Source: Candidatus Microgenomates bacterium (GTDB taxonomy: Bacteria; Patescibacteriota; Microgenomatia; UBA8517). Taken from it: DNA of 64,000 bases. The translations under genes and the position numbers were made by a program. This document shows positions 27,125-37,837 of the stretch, piece by piece. Each line of letters starts with the position of its first letter. The stretch's first letter is position 1. The DNA lies in NCBI GenBank assembly GCA_049523135.1, contig JBEKNE010000001.1, forward strand, positions 18,095 through 82,094. Direction: 5' to 3'. Under the pieces are notes generated by a model. It had not been told where the DNA came from. It did no database searches and saw nothing but the letters and a program-made list of their open reading frames with translations.

Positions 27125-29374
27125 ATGAAAAAACTATTTTCTTTCCTATTAGGAAGGATAAAACTTCTCTTTACAACGGCGCATGGAATAAAGTTTTTAA
27201 TATACTGGGGAGTAATTTTAGGAGTCGGTATTTACCTCTTCTGGGGAATTCCCCTACCAACTGCCATTAATGGTGCCAATAACCAGCCTGTATCCACAAA
27301 AATCTTCGACAGAAACGGAAAACTTATTTACGAAATCTATACCGATAAAAAAAGAACCCCTATTTCCCTATCTGAAATGCCCGCTAATTTAAAAAATGCA
27401 ACTATTTCAATAGAAGACAAATATTTTTATACAAACCAGGGAATTTCCATAACAGGAATTGCGAGAGCAATTTTTAATACCATTTTCAAGCGTCAGCTCC
27501 AGGGCGGTTCAACAATAACTCAGCAGTTGGTTAAAAATGCATTTCTAACAAATGACAGAACCGTTAGAAGAAAGGCTCAGGAACTGGTACTGACAATGAT
27601 AACCGAAAGTACTTATTCAAAAGATCAAATACTGGAAATGTATCTGAATACAATTCCTTACGGCGGAACCGCATATGGAATTGAGGCGGCAAGCGAAACA
27701 TATTTCAATAAGTCAGCAAAAGATCTTGATCTTGCGGAGTCAGCACTTCTGGCAGGTCTCCCCCAGTCCCCATCCACTTATTCCCCGTACGGAGCCCATC
27801 CTGAACTCGCCAAGGGGCGTCAGGAGGAAGTTCTTAAACAAATGGTAGACAATAAATATATTACTCAAGACCAAGCAGATCAAGCCGACAAAGAACCTTT
27901 AAACTATGCTGCCATTAGTCCCCCTCAAGCTCCTCACTTTGCTCTCTGGATTAAGGCCCAGCTCGCGGAAAAATATGGAGACAAGATGGTGGAACAGGGG
28001 GGACTCCGAGTTTACACGACTCTTGATCTTGACATCCAAAATTTGGCTCAACAGGCAGTTGCAACTGAAGTAGGTAAACTCAAAAATCAACATGTAGGTA
28101 ATGGGGCAGTAATCGTCACAAGACCATCGACTGGAGAAATTCTGGCAATGGTCGGGTCAAAAGACTACTTTGCAACCGATGAAGACGGAAAGGTAAATGT
28201 AACTCTCGCGGAAAGACAACCGGGAAGCTCAATCAAACCCCTTAACTACGCTCTGGCTTTCAGAGACCAAAAAATCACACCGGCAACGGCCATTGCAGAC
28301 GTACCAACCTGCTTCAATGTTGCCGGACAACGATCATATTGCCCTGTAAATTATGACAACACGTTCCATGGTTTAGTTGAAGCAAGATTTGCATTGGGAA
28401 ATTCATATAACATCCCTGCAGTTAAAGTTCTTGCTCTAAATGGGGTCGAAAATTTTATTAACTTTGCAAAACTCATGGGGATTACCACCCTGACGGATCC
28501 AAGCGGCTACGGACTTTCGGCAACTCTCGGGGGACTTCTTGTCAGGCCATACGATATGGCGGTTGCCTTCGGGGTATTTGCAAATCAGGGAGTTGAGCAA
28601 CCGCTCATTGCCATTACTAAAGTTACGGACTGGAAAGGAAATGTCCTCGAGCAATATGATCCAACTAAAAACGAACTCACTGGAACAAGAGTATTGGATC
28701 CAAGTGTTACATTCTTAATTTCCCACATTCTTTTGGACAATAATGCCAGAACCGCCGCTTTTGGATCCTCTTCTTACTTAAATGTTTCCGGACATCCTGA
28801 AGTCTCGGTAAAAACAGGGACAACAAACGACCGACGTGATAACTGGACAATTGGTTATACGGCAGATGCGGTTGTTGTCACTTGGGTTGGAAATAATGAT
28901 AATACTCCGATGAGCGGTGCCGTTTCCGGAATTTCCGGCGCTTCCCCAATCTGGAATAAGGTTATGAAGGCAGTTTTGAATAAAGCCGAATCAGGAGCTT
29001 ATGATAAAAACGAAACAGGGCATGCATGGCCAAAACAACCGGACGGTGTTGTTGGAGCAACAGTCTGCGCAGATACCGGAGGAGCACCTTCCGCCGATCC
29101 TGCAAATCCAGGCTGCCCGACAAGATTTGAGTACTTTTTAACGGGAACTGTACCGACAACTTCAAATGTTGTTAATCAAGATGTTCAAATAAATAACACC
29201 ACAGGACAACTTGCCGGACCAAATGATACTCCTGATCAGGTACATACGGAAAATAAGCCCACCTATACAGATCCTGACGGAACTATGTATTGTTTGACGT
29301 GTCCAATCGCAAGTGAGTCGGCAACCATAAACTATCCTCTACCCCAAACCTCAACTCCAACTCCGAGTCAGTAA
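27125..29374 (+). CDS. Class A penicillin-binding protein (transglycosylase + transpeptidase)
   Basis: GT51 motifs EDKYFYTNQG, GGSTITQQL. Transpeptidase SxxK in RQPGSSIKP. N-terminal TM anchor. The ATG at 27125 is preferred over the TTG at 27086. Confidence 0.85.
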   Translation: MKKLFSFLLGRIKLLFTTAHGIKFLIYWGVILGVGIYLFWGIPLPTAINGANNQPVSTKIFDRNGKLIYEIYTDKKRTPISLSEMPANLKNATISIEDKYFYTNQGISITGIARAIFNTIFKRQLQGGSTITQQLVKNAFLTNDRTVRRKAQELVLTMITESTYSKDQILEMYLNTIPYGGTAYGIEAASETYFNKSAKDLDLAESALLAGLPQSPSTYSPYGAHPELAKGRQEEVLKQMVDNKYITQDQADQADKEPLNYAAISPPQAPHFALWIKAQLAEKYGDKMVEQGGLRVYTTLDLDIQNLAQQAVATEVGKLKNQHVGNGAVIVTRPSTGEILAMVGSKDYFATDEDGKVNVTLAERQPGSSIKPLNYALAFRDQKITPATAIADVPTCFNVAGQRSYCPVNYDNTFHGLVEARFALGNSYNIPAVKVLALNGVENFINFAKLMGITTLTDPSGYGLSATLGGLLVRPYDMAVAFGVFANQGVEQPLIAITKVTDWKGNVLEQYDPTKNELTGTRVLDPSVTFLISHILLDNNARTAAFGSSSYLNVSGHPEVSVKTGTTNDRRDNWTIGYTADAVVVTWVGNNDNTPMSGAVSGISGASPIWNKVMKAVLNKAESGAYDKNETGHAWPKQPDGVVGATVCADTGGAPSADPANPGCPTRFEYFLTGTVPTTSNVVNQDVQINNTTGQLAGPNDTPDQVHTENKPTYTDPDGTMYCLTCPIASESATINYPLPQTSTPTPSQ

Positions 29375-29424
29375 GATGGATTACTCTACCATTTCGGGTA
29401 ATTTACTGTTACAATTCGCGGCAA

Positions 29425-31797
29425 ATGGGGAAATCTCTCAAACGTATTCTCGCGATAATCGGAAAACCATTCTATTTTCTCCTGTCTCATCTATTAATCG
29501 GTCTTATTGCAATTTCGATTGTAATTAATAAACCCGCCAAAAAAAACAAAAAGAACAAAAAACAAAAAACAAAAATTATCTACAAAAAGGGGTGGGCTCC
29601 GGAGTTAAAACTTCCAAAAATATCTTTCCCTAAAATAAAACTGCCGAAAGTGAGTCCGATACTGAAACTTGAGGAGCTGAAAATAGATCTTTTCGAATTA
29701 AAGATCTGGACCAGAATCAAAAATTCTTTCAAAAAAGCCATTAAATTTATTGCGGACCGCAAATTAAAACACAAAATAAGATTTATTTTAATTACTTTTT
29801 TTGGGTTAGCACTGGTTCTTACTTTTTACTTTTCGATTTTAAAAGGACTACCTTCCCCTAAAGAACTCGAGGTTAGACAACCGGATGTTTCTACCAAAAT
29901 TTATGATAGGAACGGTAACTTACTATATAAAATATATAAAAACCAGAACAGGACTATCGTACCTCTGGATAAAATTCCTACCGATGTCAGGCTTGCGACA
30001 CTCGCTGCCGAAGATGCGGAATTCTATTCAAACCCCGGTTTTTCGGTCAGGGGAATGTTCAGAGCCTCCATTCAGGATATAGAAACAGGATCTCTGCAGG
30101 GAGGTTCAACCATTACTCAGCAACTGGTTAAAAATACTTTACTTTCGCCGGAAAAAACCATAACCAGAAAAATAAAAGAGATAATTTTGTCTGTAGAGGT
30201 CGAGGCGGTTTATACGAAAGATCAAATACTTGAAATGTATCTTAATCAGGTAAGCTACGGGGGAACCGCTTACGGGGTTCAGGAGGCTTCAGAACTTTAC
30301 TTCGGAAAAAATGTTGAAGACCTTGATTTGGCTGAGGCCGCACTTTTGGCGGGACTTCCCAAAAGCCCGACAACTTATTCCCCATTCGGATCAAACCCCG
30401 ATTTGGCTATCCAAAGACAAAGAGAAGTTCTTCATTTAATGGTTGTAAATAAGTTTATCTCCGAATCTCAGGCGGAAGCGGCAGAGCAGGAAAAATTAAC
30501 TTTCATACCCAATAAAACCGCAATTGAAGCCCCCCATTTTGTAATGTATATCAGGCAGCTTTTAGTTGATAAATACGGCGAAGATATGGTTGAAAAAGGA
30601 GGCCTGGAGGTTACAACCAGTCTTGACCTTTCAATACAAAAAACCGCCGAAGAAGTTGTCCAAAGTGAGGTTGATAAACTTAAAGGCTTAAAGGTCGGCA
30701 ATGGTGCGGCTTTGGTTCTTAACCCGCAAACCGGTGAGATTCTGGCGATGGTCGGGTCAAAAGACTATTTCGATTTGGCTGATGACGGAAATGTAAATGT
30801 AACAACCAGCCTCAGACAACCGGGAAGTTCAATTAAAGTTGTTAATTATGCTTACGCACTGGCTAATGGTTACACTCCTGCAAGTATAATTGATGATTCA
30901 CCAATTACTTTTTCCATGCCGGGCACTACCCCTTACTTCCCCGTCAACTATGACGGAAAATATGTAGGACAGATAAGTTTAAGAAACGCACTTGCCCAAA
31001 GCCGAAACATTCCTGCAGTTAAAGTTCTTGCCTCTTACGGTGTAAGCCACATGATTACCGAAGGACAAAAAATGGGAATAACAACGTGGGGGGATCCTTC
31101 AAACTACGGTTTATCGCTAACTCTCGGAGGAGGTGCTGTAACAGCACTGGACTTATCCAGGGTTTATTCAACAGTTGCTGACTATGGCAAACGTCCGGAT
31201 TTACTACCGATACTTGAGGTAAAAGATTACAAAGGCAAAGTTCTGGAAAAAGATACTCCTACAACAACTCAGGCTATTGACCCAAGAATTGCATTTCTTC
31301 TGACAGATATTTTAAAAGATAATAATGCCAGAGCACCCGAATTCGGATATAATTCCTATCTTGTTATAAAAAATCATCCTGAGATTGCCGTTAAAACAGG
31401 AACCAGCAACGACCTGAGGGATAACTGGACTGTCGGATACAATCAAAACTATCTGGTTCTAACTTGGGTTGGAAATAATGACAATTCTCCTATGAGCTAT
31501 GTTGCCTCCGGAGTTACGGGTGCCTCCCCTATTTGGAATAAAATAATGTCGGCGATTCTTTTAAACCAATCTTCAATTGACTGGAAAGTTCCGGACGGGG
31601 TCAGTAAGGTAAATATTTGTTCACTCACAGGGACTCTTCCTTGTGATTCCTGTCCGACACGTCAGGAGTGGTTCTTGGACGAAAACCGTCCTTCAAAATC
31701 CTGCACACCCGACCAAATCCAGCAAATAACAAATCCATCACCAACCCCGGGAGAAAGTATTCTGGAAAACGGAGCCAGCACTCAAATTAAGCACTAA
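29425..31797 (+). CDS. Class A penicillin-binding protein, second paralogue
   Basis: EDAEFYSNPG, GGSTITQQL, RQPGSSIKV. Has a Lys-rich low-complexity insert (KKNKKNKKQKTK). Confidence 0.85.
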   Translation: MGKSLKRILAIIGKPFYFLLSHLLIGLIAISIVINKPAKKNKKNKKQKTKIIYKKGWAPELKLPKISFPKIKLPKVSPILKLEELKIDLFELKIWTRIKNSFKKAIKFIADRKLKHKIRFILITFFGLALVLTFYFSILKGLPSPKELEVRQPDVSTKIYDRNGNLLYKIYKNQNRTIVPLDKIPTDVRLATLAAEDAEFYSNPGFSVRGMFRASIQDIETGSLQGGSTITQQLVKNTLLSPEKTITRKIKEIILSVEVEAVYTKDQILEMYLNQVSYGGTAYGVQEASELYFGKNVEDLDLAEAALLAGLPKSPTTYSPFGSNPDLAIQRQREVLHLMVVNKFISESQAEAAEQEKLTFIPNKTAIEAPHFVMYIRQLLVDKYGEDMVEKGGLEVTTSLDLSIQKTAEEVVQSEVDKLKGLKVGNGAALVLNPQTGEILAMVGSKDYFDLADDGNVNVTTSLRQPGSSIKVVNYAYALANGYTPASIIDDSPITFSMPGTTPYFPVNYDGKYVGQISLRNALAQSRNIPAVKVLASYGVSHMITEGQKMGITTWGDPSNYGLSLTLGGGAVTALDLSRVYSTVADYGKRPDLLPILEVKDYKGKVLEKDTPTTTQAIDPRIAFLLTDILKDNNARAPEFGYNSYLVIKNHPEIAVKTGTSNDLRDNWTVGYNQNYLVLTWVGNNDNSPMSYVASGVTGASPIWNKIMSAILLNQSSIDWKVPDGVSKVNICSLTGTLPCDSCPTRQEWFLDENRPSKSCTPDQIQQITNPSPTPGESILENGASTQIKH

Positions 31798-32452
31798 GTT
31801 CCTTGAAAAGAAGGTAGGAAGGAAGTATGAAAAGTCCGCCCAAAACTACATTGATGACAGATCCAACACCATAAGGAATAATACTCAGGATAACTTCGCA
31901 AACTACCGCAAATACTCCAAAAACAACCAGTCTTCCGAAAATCCTCCAGTAATTTCCTTTTACGAGTTCCTTACTCTCCAAAAATGATTCCTTAATTCCT
32001 GTCCCTTTCTCAATCATAATAAACCTGCTAAAAGCAAACCAGACAACAAATAAGACTCCTGGTACAATCAGTAAAACAAATCCCAACAAGTAGGCCAATG
32101 CCAGAACTATGTTCAGAAGCAAAAAGATCCAATATTTTTTCCATGCGGAGGCAAAAGTTTCCTTTACGGAAAATTTATCACCTTTGATAACTTGACCAAA
32201 GGCAATTATTACGGCTGCTGTGACAAAAACGGTAACTAATAAATAAACTGCTTGTATAAACCACATGCCTCCGGTTAACCAAATTGAACCGGAGCTTCTG
32301 ATAGAACCAGGCAAATAATTTTCGGCTATGGATAATATAGAAAAGAAAACTAAAGGAATATATAGCTCTGCCAGCAAAACAAAATTTTTCTTCTTTGAAT
32401 AAATATCTATGGATTTTTTAATTAAATCGATAGGAGAAGAAAGTTTTTTCAT
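31787..32452 (-). CDS. Hypothetical integral membrane protein
   Basis: 221 aa with multiple TM helices. Confidence 0.45.
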   Translation of the reverse strand: MKKLSSPIDLIKKSIDIYSKKKNFVLLAELYIPLVFFSILSIAENYLPGSIRSSGSIWLTGGMWFIQAVYLLVTVFVTAAVIIAFGQVIKGDKFSVKETFASAWKKYWIFLLLNIVLALAYLLGFVLLIVPGVLFVVWFAFSRFIMIEKGTGIKESFLESKELVKGNYWRIFGRLVVFGVFAVVCEVILSIIPYGVGSVINVVLGGLFILPSYLLFKELSA

Positions 32453-32751
32453 TGATTTTTTCTAATTACTATTGTTTGCTCTCTAAAAATATTCAACGAA
32501 TTTAGATTAAACCTTGGCAAAGACAAATGCAATTTAGTACCGCCGGTTACGCTAAATCCGAGTATAGCGGAAATAATAACAGTGGCAAGTAGTACCACGA
32601 GGACTATAATTCTTTCCCTTTTGCCCCAAGGTTTTTGAGGTTCTTTTCTCTTTTTTTTATTTTCAGGTCTAAGATCTCTAAATTTTTTTGTAAGTGCCGC
32701 ACCATCTTCATCTTCGTACTCTTCTTCTTTGTTTGCCCCGAATATTGCCAT
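32449..32751 (-). CDS. Hypothetical small membrane protein
   Basis: 100 aa: a charged N-terminus, then one TM helix. Confidence 0.35.
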   Translation of the reverse strand: MAIFGANKEEEYEDEDGAALTKKFRDLRPENKKKRKEPQKPWGKRERIIVLVVLLATVIISAILGFSVTGGTKLHLSLPRFNLNSLNIFREQTIVIRKNQ

Positions 32752-32760
32752 AGGAAGTTA

Positions 32761-33747
32761 TTACTTTCTGCGTGTATCCCACACTTTTTCGTCAACCATA
32801 TTTTGAGGTTTAGTGCCGGAAAATGTATCCAGAATTGCGGCAACTGCCTGTTCCCCCATCTTCAGCCTAGCTTCCCATGTGGCACTGGCAATATGGGGCG
32901 TTGTTATTACCCGCTGATTATCTATAAGTTCCGGAGAGATATCGGGTTCGTTGTCAAAAACGTCCAGTGCCGCTCCCGCAAGCTGGGCACTCGCCAGGGC
33001 ATCCACCAAATCCCTTTCATTAACCACCTGACCTCTTGCTGTATTAACCAGGAAAGATCCCCTCTTCATTTTGGCAAATGTATCCTTATTTATCATATGC
33101 CTTGTATCGGGTGTCAGAGGAACATGCAAAGTCACGAAATCACTTGCACCCAAAAGTTCATCCAACGAAGCAAATTTCACCCCAAGCTCACGTTCGGCAT
33201 CGGGATCCGGAGTGTGTTTATTATAAAGAACATTCATTTTATAACCTATCGCACGCCGGGCAACCATTGAACCGATTCTGCCCATTCCAATTATTCCCAA
33301 AGTTTTGCCTATTACATTTATACCCAGGAAAATATCCGGTTCCCAACCTTTGTAGGCTCCCTTCCGGGTTGCTTCATCCGCTTCAACAATTCTCCTGGCA
33401 AGAGCCAAAATTAGCGCCCAAGTGTGCTCCGCCACGGCTTCGTTGACTTCATCCGACGGAGTATTTGTTACGATTATTCCCCTCTTTGTAGCCGCACTTG
33501 TATCAACATTGTCAAAACCTACAGCATAATTGCTTATTATTTTAAGTTGAGGTCCGGCCGCATCCATTACATCTCCGTCAATTTTATCCGTAAGAAGACT
33601 CAAAACTGCGTCCACCCCTTTAATTCCATTTAAAAGTTCTTCGGGTGTTAGCGGTCTACCAAATTCAGAAATAACAACTTCATTTCCGTTAACTTTTAAC
33701 TTTTCAAGAGAGTCTCCAGGGATTTGGCGGGTAACAAAAATTTTCAT
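32761..33747 (-). CDS. D-isomer-specific 2-hydroxyacid dehydrogenase (glycerate dehydrogenase/hydroxypyruvate reductase-like)
   Basis: NAD-binding GKTLGIIGMGRIGSMVARRA and the catalytic R/E/H arrangement. Confidence 0.8.
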   Translation of the reverse strand: MKIFVTRQIPGDSLEKLKVNGNEVVISEFGRPLTPEELLNGIKGVDAVLSLLTDKIDGDVMDAAGPQLKIISNYAVGFDNVDTSAATKRGIIVTNTPSDEVNEAVAEHTWALILALARRIVEADEATRKGAYKGWEPDIFLGINVIGKTLGIIGMGRIGSMVARRAIGYKMNVLYNKHTPDPDAERELGVKFASLDELLGASDFVTLHVPLTPDTRHMINKDTFAKMKRGSFLVNTARGQVVNERDLVDALASAQLAGAALDVFDNEPDISPELIDNQRVITTPHIASATWEARLKMGEQAVAAILDTFSGTKPQNMVDEKVWDTRRK

Positions 33748-33763
33748 TCTATTATTGTATTAA

Positions 33764-34762
33764 TTAAAATTGTACTACATTTACTCCGCTACTTTTACAT
33801 CTTGTGAGCCATGCATCCATTTCATTTTCTTTTAAAAGTCCTTTTTGACTTCCTGTATAACCGATAACTGACGCTGAATTACATGTTCCCCAAAGAAGAG
33901 CTTCATCCAATGATTTTCCGTGGATTAGCGCTGAAAGTGCTCCGCTTCCAAACGCATCCCCCGCCCCTGTTCTTTCATACGCATCAACCGGAAGGACCCC
34001 AACTTTGAAAAACTTGCCATTAATCGAATCGTAGGCAAACGCACCTGCTTCTCCATCGGTAATTACACAAACCTTCGGCCCGAGTTTATTCAGAGCTATT
34101 AAAAGATCCCGTTCACGATTTCCTGATTCTCCAAAATTTGTTAGTTTTTCCGCTTCCTCACGATTTACGAAAATTAAATAGGAAAGACTCATAACATCCT
34201 GAATATCTTTATATTCTGCACGAAGTTGCCAGCTACCCGGATTAAATGCAAGTTTTACAGTCGGATTTATCTTGAGCCAATCAACCATGTGGTTGTAAAA
34301 CGGCCTGAAGCTCTCTCCCATACTTGTCAAATATACCCAAGGGGCAACAGGAAGTTTGACGGGAAATTCATAACTTCTGGGGGCATGATAAACAAAAATC
34401 GTACGTTCACCTGAATAATTTATAATTGTTGAATAATTTGATGAAGTTCCCGGCTGTTGAATAACAAAAGTTGTATCAACGGCTTCATCTTTCAGTCTTT
34501 TTACAACCATATCTCCGACATTATCATCCCCCAAGGTTAAAACTATTCCGGCTGCCACTCCCAATCTTTTTAATCCAACCGCATTATTGGCGGCATTTCC
34601 ACCGATGGAAAACTCCAGATTTTTAACCGGGATTTTGTCACCGTAATTGAAGGCGATCAAACACTCTTTTTTGTCAATCGTGCAAAGCGTTTCACTTTCC
34701 ATTGGAGTCATAAAGACGTCAATCGTTCCGTCACCTATTGATAGTAAATCAAAGTTTTCCAT
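33764..34762 (-). CDS. PfkB-family carbohydrate kinase
   Basis: C-terminal TGAGDAFGSGALSAL signature (GAGD anion hole). Confidence 0.8.
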   Translation of the reverse strand: MENFDLLSIGDGTIDVFMTPMESETLCTIDKKECLIAFNYGDKIPVKNLEFSIGGNAANNAVGLKRLGVAAGIVLTLGDDNVGDMVVKRLKDEAVDTTFVIQQPGTSSNYSTIINYSGERTIFVYHAPRSYEFPVKLPVAPWVYLTSMGESFRPFYNHMVDWLKINPTVKLAFNPGSWQLRAEYKDIQDVMSLSYLIFVNREEAEKLTNFGESGNRERDLLIALNKLGPKVCVITDGEAGAFAYDSINGKFFKVGVLPVDAYERTGAGDAFGSGALSALIHGKSLDEALLWGTCNSASVIGYTGSQKGLLKENEMDAWLTRCKSSGVNVVQF

Positions 34763-35729
34763 TTCGTGCCTGAGAAACCCTTTCTAACCGACTTAAGAAG
34801 GCTTGTTGAGCAACTCGGACATTCTCATCTTTTCCATCCCATTCGGCCATTGCTTCTTCCTGAAGAGCCCTTGCAAAAGAAAATGAAAGTTGCCACGGTG
34901 CATCATCTTTTAATTTCACTATTTCATTTAGATTTTTAGTTGCTTCATCGGGGGTTTGACCACCGGAAAGAAAAACTATCCCGGGGACATCTGCCGGAAC
35001 TGAAGTCTTTAAAGTTCTTAGTGTTGCGTGGGCAACTTCTAAGGGTTCTGCTTTAACCCCGCTTTCTTTACCGGGCAAAACCATGCTTGTTTTTAAAAGC
35101 AGTTTAGTTAAATCGACCTCTCTCGATTTTAATTTATCAAACAAAAGTTTAAGAACTTTCATTTCGATTTCAGCACAGCGTGTGGTTGTATGGTTACCGT
35201 CAAGTAAAATTTCGGGCTCAACTATCGGAATGAAACCATTTTCCTGAGAAATTTTGGCAAACTCCGTTATTCTTCCTAAATCTTCTTCCAAAAAAGCATC
35301 TGTCGGAAAAATGTCCGAAATTTTAATTGCGGCTCTCCATTTAGTAAACTTTAGACCCATTTTGAAATATTCTTTTAATCTATCGCCCAAACCTTCAAGA
35401 CCCTTTGTTATCTGCTCCTCGCCACCATTAAAGGGTTCAAGTCCCCCATCTACCTTAATGCCGGGAATAATTCCTTTTTGAGTTAGGAAGGCGGGGAAAG
35501 AAACTCCATCATCTGTCTTTTGCCTTGTCGTCTCATCAAACAAAATTATTCCGCTCAAAAATTGTTCTATTCCGGGAGTAGTAAAAAACATTTGTCTGTA
35601 TTTACGGTTCAGTTCGGGAGTTGAAGTTAAACCGATTGACTCAAACCTTTTTTCAATCGTGTGAGTGCTCTCATCCGCGGCTAAAAGTCCTTTTCCGGGA
35701 GCAAGAATTTTATTAATTAAATCTTCCAT
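34749..35729 (-). CDS. fba: Fructose-bisphosphate aldolase, class I
   Basis: N-terminal GKGLLAADES pattern and the class I Schiff-base fold. Confidence 0.8.
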   Translation of the reverse strand: MEDLINKILAPGKGLLAADESTHTIEKRFESIGLTSTPELNRKYRQMFFTTPGIEQFLSGIILFDETTRQKTDDGVSFPAFLTQKGIIPGIKVDGGLEPFNGGEEQITKGLEGLGDRLKEYFKMGLKFTKWRAAIKISDIFPTDAFLEEDLGRITEFAKISQENGFIPIVEPEILLDGNHTTTRCAEIEMKVLKLLFDKLKSREVDLTKLLLKTSMVLPGKESGVKAEPLEVAHATLRTLKTSVPADVPGIVFLSGGQTPDEATKNLNEIVKLKDDAPWQLSFSFARALQEEAMAEWDGKDENVRVAQQAFLSRLERVSQARNGKL

Positions 35730-35766
35730 GGCAGTATTCGATCCTATTAGTGTACAATATTTCTAT

Positions 35767-36126
35767 ATGAACCCCCAAGAACCAAAAAACAGCTGGATTA
35801 CAATTTTGAGCGTGGCCATTTTTATTTTGATGGCTTTGGGAATTGTTGCCTATCTTTATTATCAAAACCAAGCGCTTAAAAGTTTATTGAGTAAATACGA
35901 GTCTATTCCAACAGCAACTCCAATTGTTATTTCTGTCACTCCGTCCCCGGTTGCTACAACTTCAGCTTCACCAAAAAGTAAAAGCATAAGTAAATATACT
36001 TGTCCGGCAAGTGGTTATGTAGACTGCATGCCAAGCGGTAATGGGTCAACTAACCCAAATTGTTCAGCTGAAGCAATGGGCTGGTATAAAACAAACTGTC
36101 CCAACTTCCAAGGTGGAGCTTATTGA
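35767..36126 (+). CDS. Hypothetical secreted/membrane-anchored Cys-containing protein (start at MNPQEP)
   Basis: TM helix, Pro/Thr/Ser-rich linker, then a Cys-rich tail. Confidence 0.35.
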   Translation: MNPQEPKNSWITILSVAIFILMALGIVAYLYYQNQALKSLLSKYESIPTATPIVISVTPSPVATTSASPKSKSISKYTCPASGYVDCMPSGNGSTNPNCSAEAMGWYKTNCPNFQGGAY

Positions 36127-37061
36127 TTTTTCCGAAGAATTAATTTCTTCACGGCCTCAATAATATTCTCTTTAGTTAATCCAAATTTTTTCCAGAGTTC
36201 CTGATAAGTTTTGGCTGATTCGCCAAATTGATCACAAACTCCCACAAATTCCATTGGTACTTGGTGCCCCTGAACTACTACTTCGGCCACCGTACTCCCC
36301 AATCCTCCCATTATTTGATGCTCTTCAACTGTAACTATGCTTCCACAAATTCTGGCCGCGTTTGTAATTGCAATATCATCAATCGGCTTAATTGTATGGC
36401 AGTTAATCACCATTGTTTCTATTCCAATATTCGATAGCTCTTCAGCCGCCGACAAAGCTTCGGAAAGAATCGGGCCACAACCGATTATTGCAACCTGAGG
36501 ATCTTTTCCTTCTCTCAAAGTAATTGCCTTGCCGATTTCAAAACTGCCTTTTGAAAAAACCTCAGAATCCTGTCTGGCAAGCCGCAAGTAGCTTGGTTTC
36601 CCATTGTCTGCAATAGCAAATGTAGCTTTTTTAGCCTCCTCATAATCTGCAGGAGATTCAACAACCATGTTTGGAATCGAACGCATAAGCGCAATATCCT
36701 CCAAACTTTCGTGAGTTGCTCCGTACATTGAAGCTCCAAATCCCGCATGAGCTCCAACAATTTTTACGGGAATATTATTAAGAGCAGCTGTAACTTTAAT
36801 TTGTTCAAAAGTTCTTCCCGGAGAAAAAACCGCATAAGAAGTTGTAAAAGGAATCTTTCCGGCTTCAGCCATCCCCGCTGCAACTGTAACAAGTCCTTGT
36901 TCGGCTACTCCAACTTGGAAAAATCTGTCCGGAAACTTTTCGGCAAAGCCGGAAACTCTGGTCGAATCGGCCAAATCAGCCGTTAAAACAACTACATCCG
37001 GGTTTTTCTCCCCCAGTTCAACTAAAGCTTCTCCAAATCCGTCGCGCATTGATTTCATCAT
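36120..37061 (-). CDS. tkt: Transketolase, C-terminal section
   Basis: Pyrimidine-binding and C-terminal domains. Split arrangement with the adjacent N-terminal section. Confidence 0.85.
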   Translation of the reverse strand: MMKSMRDGFGEALVELGEKNPDVVVLTADLADSTRVSGFAEKFPDRFFQVGVAEQGLVTVAAGMAEAGKIPFTTSYAVFSPGRTFEQIKVTAALNNIPVKIVGAHAGFGASMYGATHESLEDIALMRSIPNMVVESPADYEEAKKATFAIADNGKPSYLRLARQDSEVFSKGSFEIGKAITLREGKDPQVAIIGCGPILSEALSAAEELSNIGIETMVINCHTIKPIDDIAITNAARICGSIVTVEEHQIMGGLGSTVAEVVVQGHQVPMEFVGVCDQFGESAKTYQELWKKFGLTKENIIEAVKKLILRKNQ

Positions 37062-37828
37062 TTAAGTTCCTCCATAGCCTTCTTAAATTCTTCTTTGTTC
37101 GGAGCTTTTGCATGCCAATCAGGATTTCCTTCCATAAAACTTACACCCTTTCCAAAAACTGTCTTTGCAAGAATTACTGTCGGTTTTTCTTTACTTTCTT
37201 TGGCTTTGGCAACAGCATCAAATATTTGATTGAAATCGTGTCCATTTATTTCAAGGGCGTTCCAGTCGGAAGCCAAATATTTTCCTTTCAAGTTTCCTAA
37301 AGGCATAATTTCCTCCGTAGTTCCTTCAATTTGAATTCCGTTTTTATCAACTATTTGAATTAAATTTGAAAGTTTATATTTCGCAGCAAAATTAACAGCT
37401 TCCCAATGATTGCCTTCATCGTGCTCCGCATCGGAAGTCTCGCAGTAAATAAATGAATCCTTTTTGATAGCCGCAAAGCCAGCAGCTTGCGCCAACCCTA
37501 AACCAAGGGGACCTGAAGTGTTTTCAATTCCTTTTAACCTTGTTCTTTCCGGATGCCCCTGAAGAACCGAACCGAGTTCGGTATAGGTTGAAAGTAATTT
37601 TTTATCTATCAATCCTTTCTCAGCCATTACCGAGTAAAGAGCCGGACAAATGTGCCCGTTTGATAGGAAAAAATGATCTTTTTCTCCCAGAATTCCAAAA
37701 TAAAGTGCCACCAGAACTTCGACGGAACTGAGAGACCCGCCGGGGTGCCCGTTTCCGGCTTTATAAATCATCTCAACTATGTCTCGCCTTACTTCTTTTG
37801 AAACCGATTCCAACTTTTTTATATCCAT
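37058..37828 (-). CDS. tkt: Transketolase, N-terminal section
   Basis: TPP-binding GNGHPGGSLS motif. Has a 4-nt overlap with the C-terminal subunit gene. Confidence 0.85.
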   Translation of the reverse strand: MDIKKLESVSKEVRRDIVEMIYKAGNGHPGGSLSSVEVLVALYFGILGEKDHFFLSNGHICPALYSVMAEKGLIDKKLLSTYTELGSVLQGHPERTRLKGIENTSGPLGLGLAQAAGFAAIKKDSFIYCETSDAEHDEGNHWEAVNFAAKYKLSNLIQIVDKNGIQIEGTTEEIMPLGNLKGKYLASDWNALEINGHDFNQIFDAVAKAKESKEKPTVILAKTVFGKGVSFMEGNPDWHAKAPNKEEFKKAMEELK

Positions 37829-37837
37829 TTGGAGAAA

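Noticed and set aside
29537-29580. A-rich tract (caaaaaaaacaaaaagaacaaaaaac...) considered as a simple repeat or mobile-element remnant.
   Set aside because: It is in-frame coding sequence for a Lys/Asn-rich linker of the second PBP. It is noted only as potentially slippage-prone.
32635-33270. 211-aa plus-strand Cys-rich ORF.
   Set aside because: It is antisense to the well-supported 2-hydroxyacid dehydrogenase gene.
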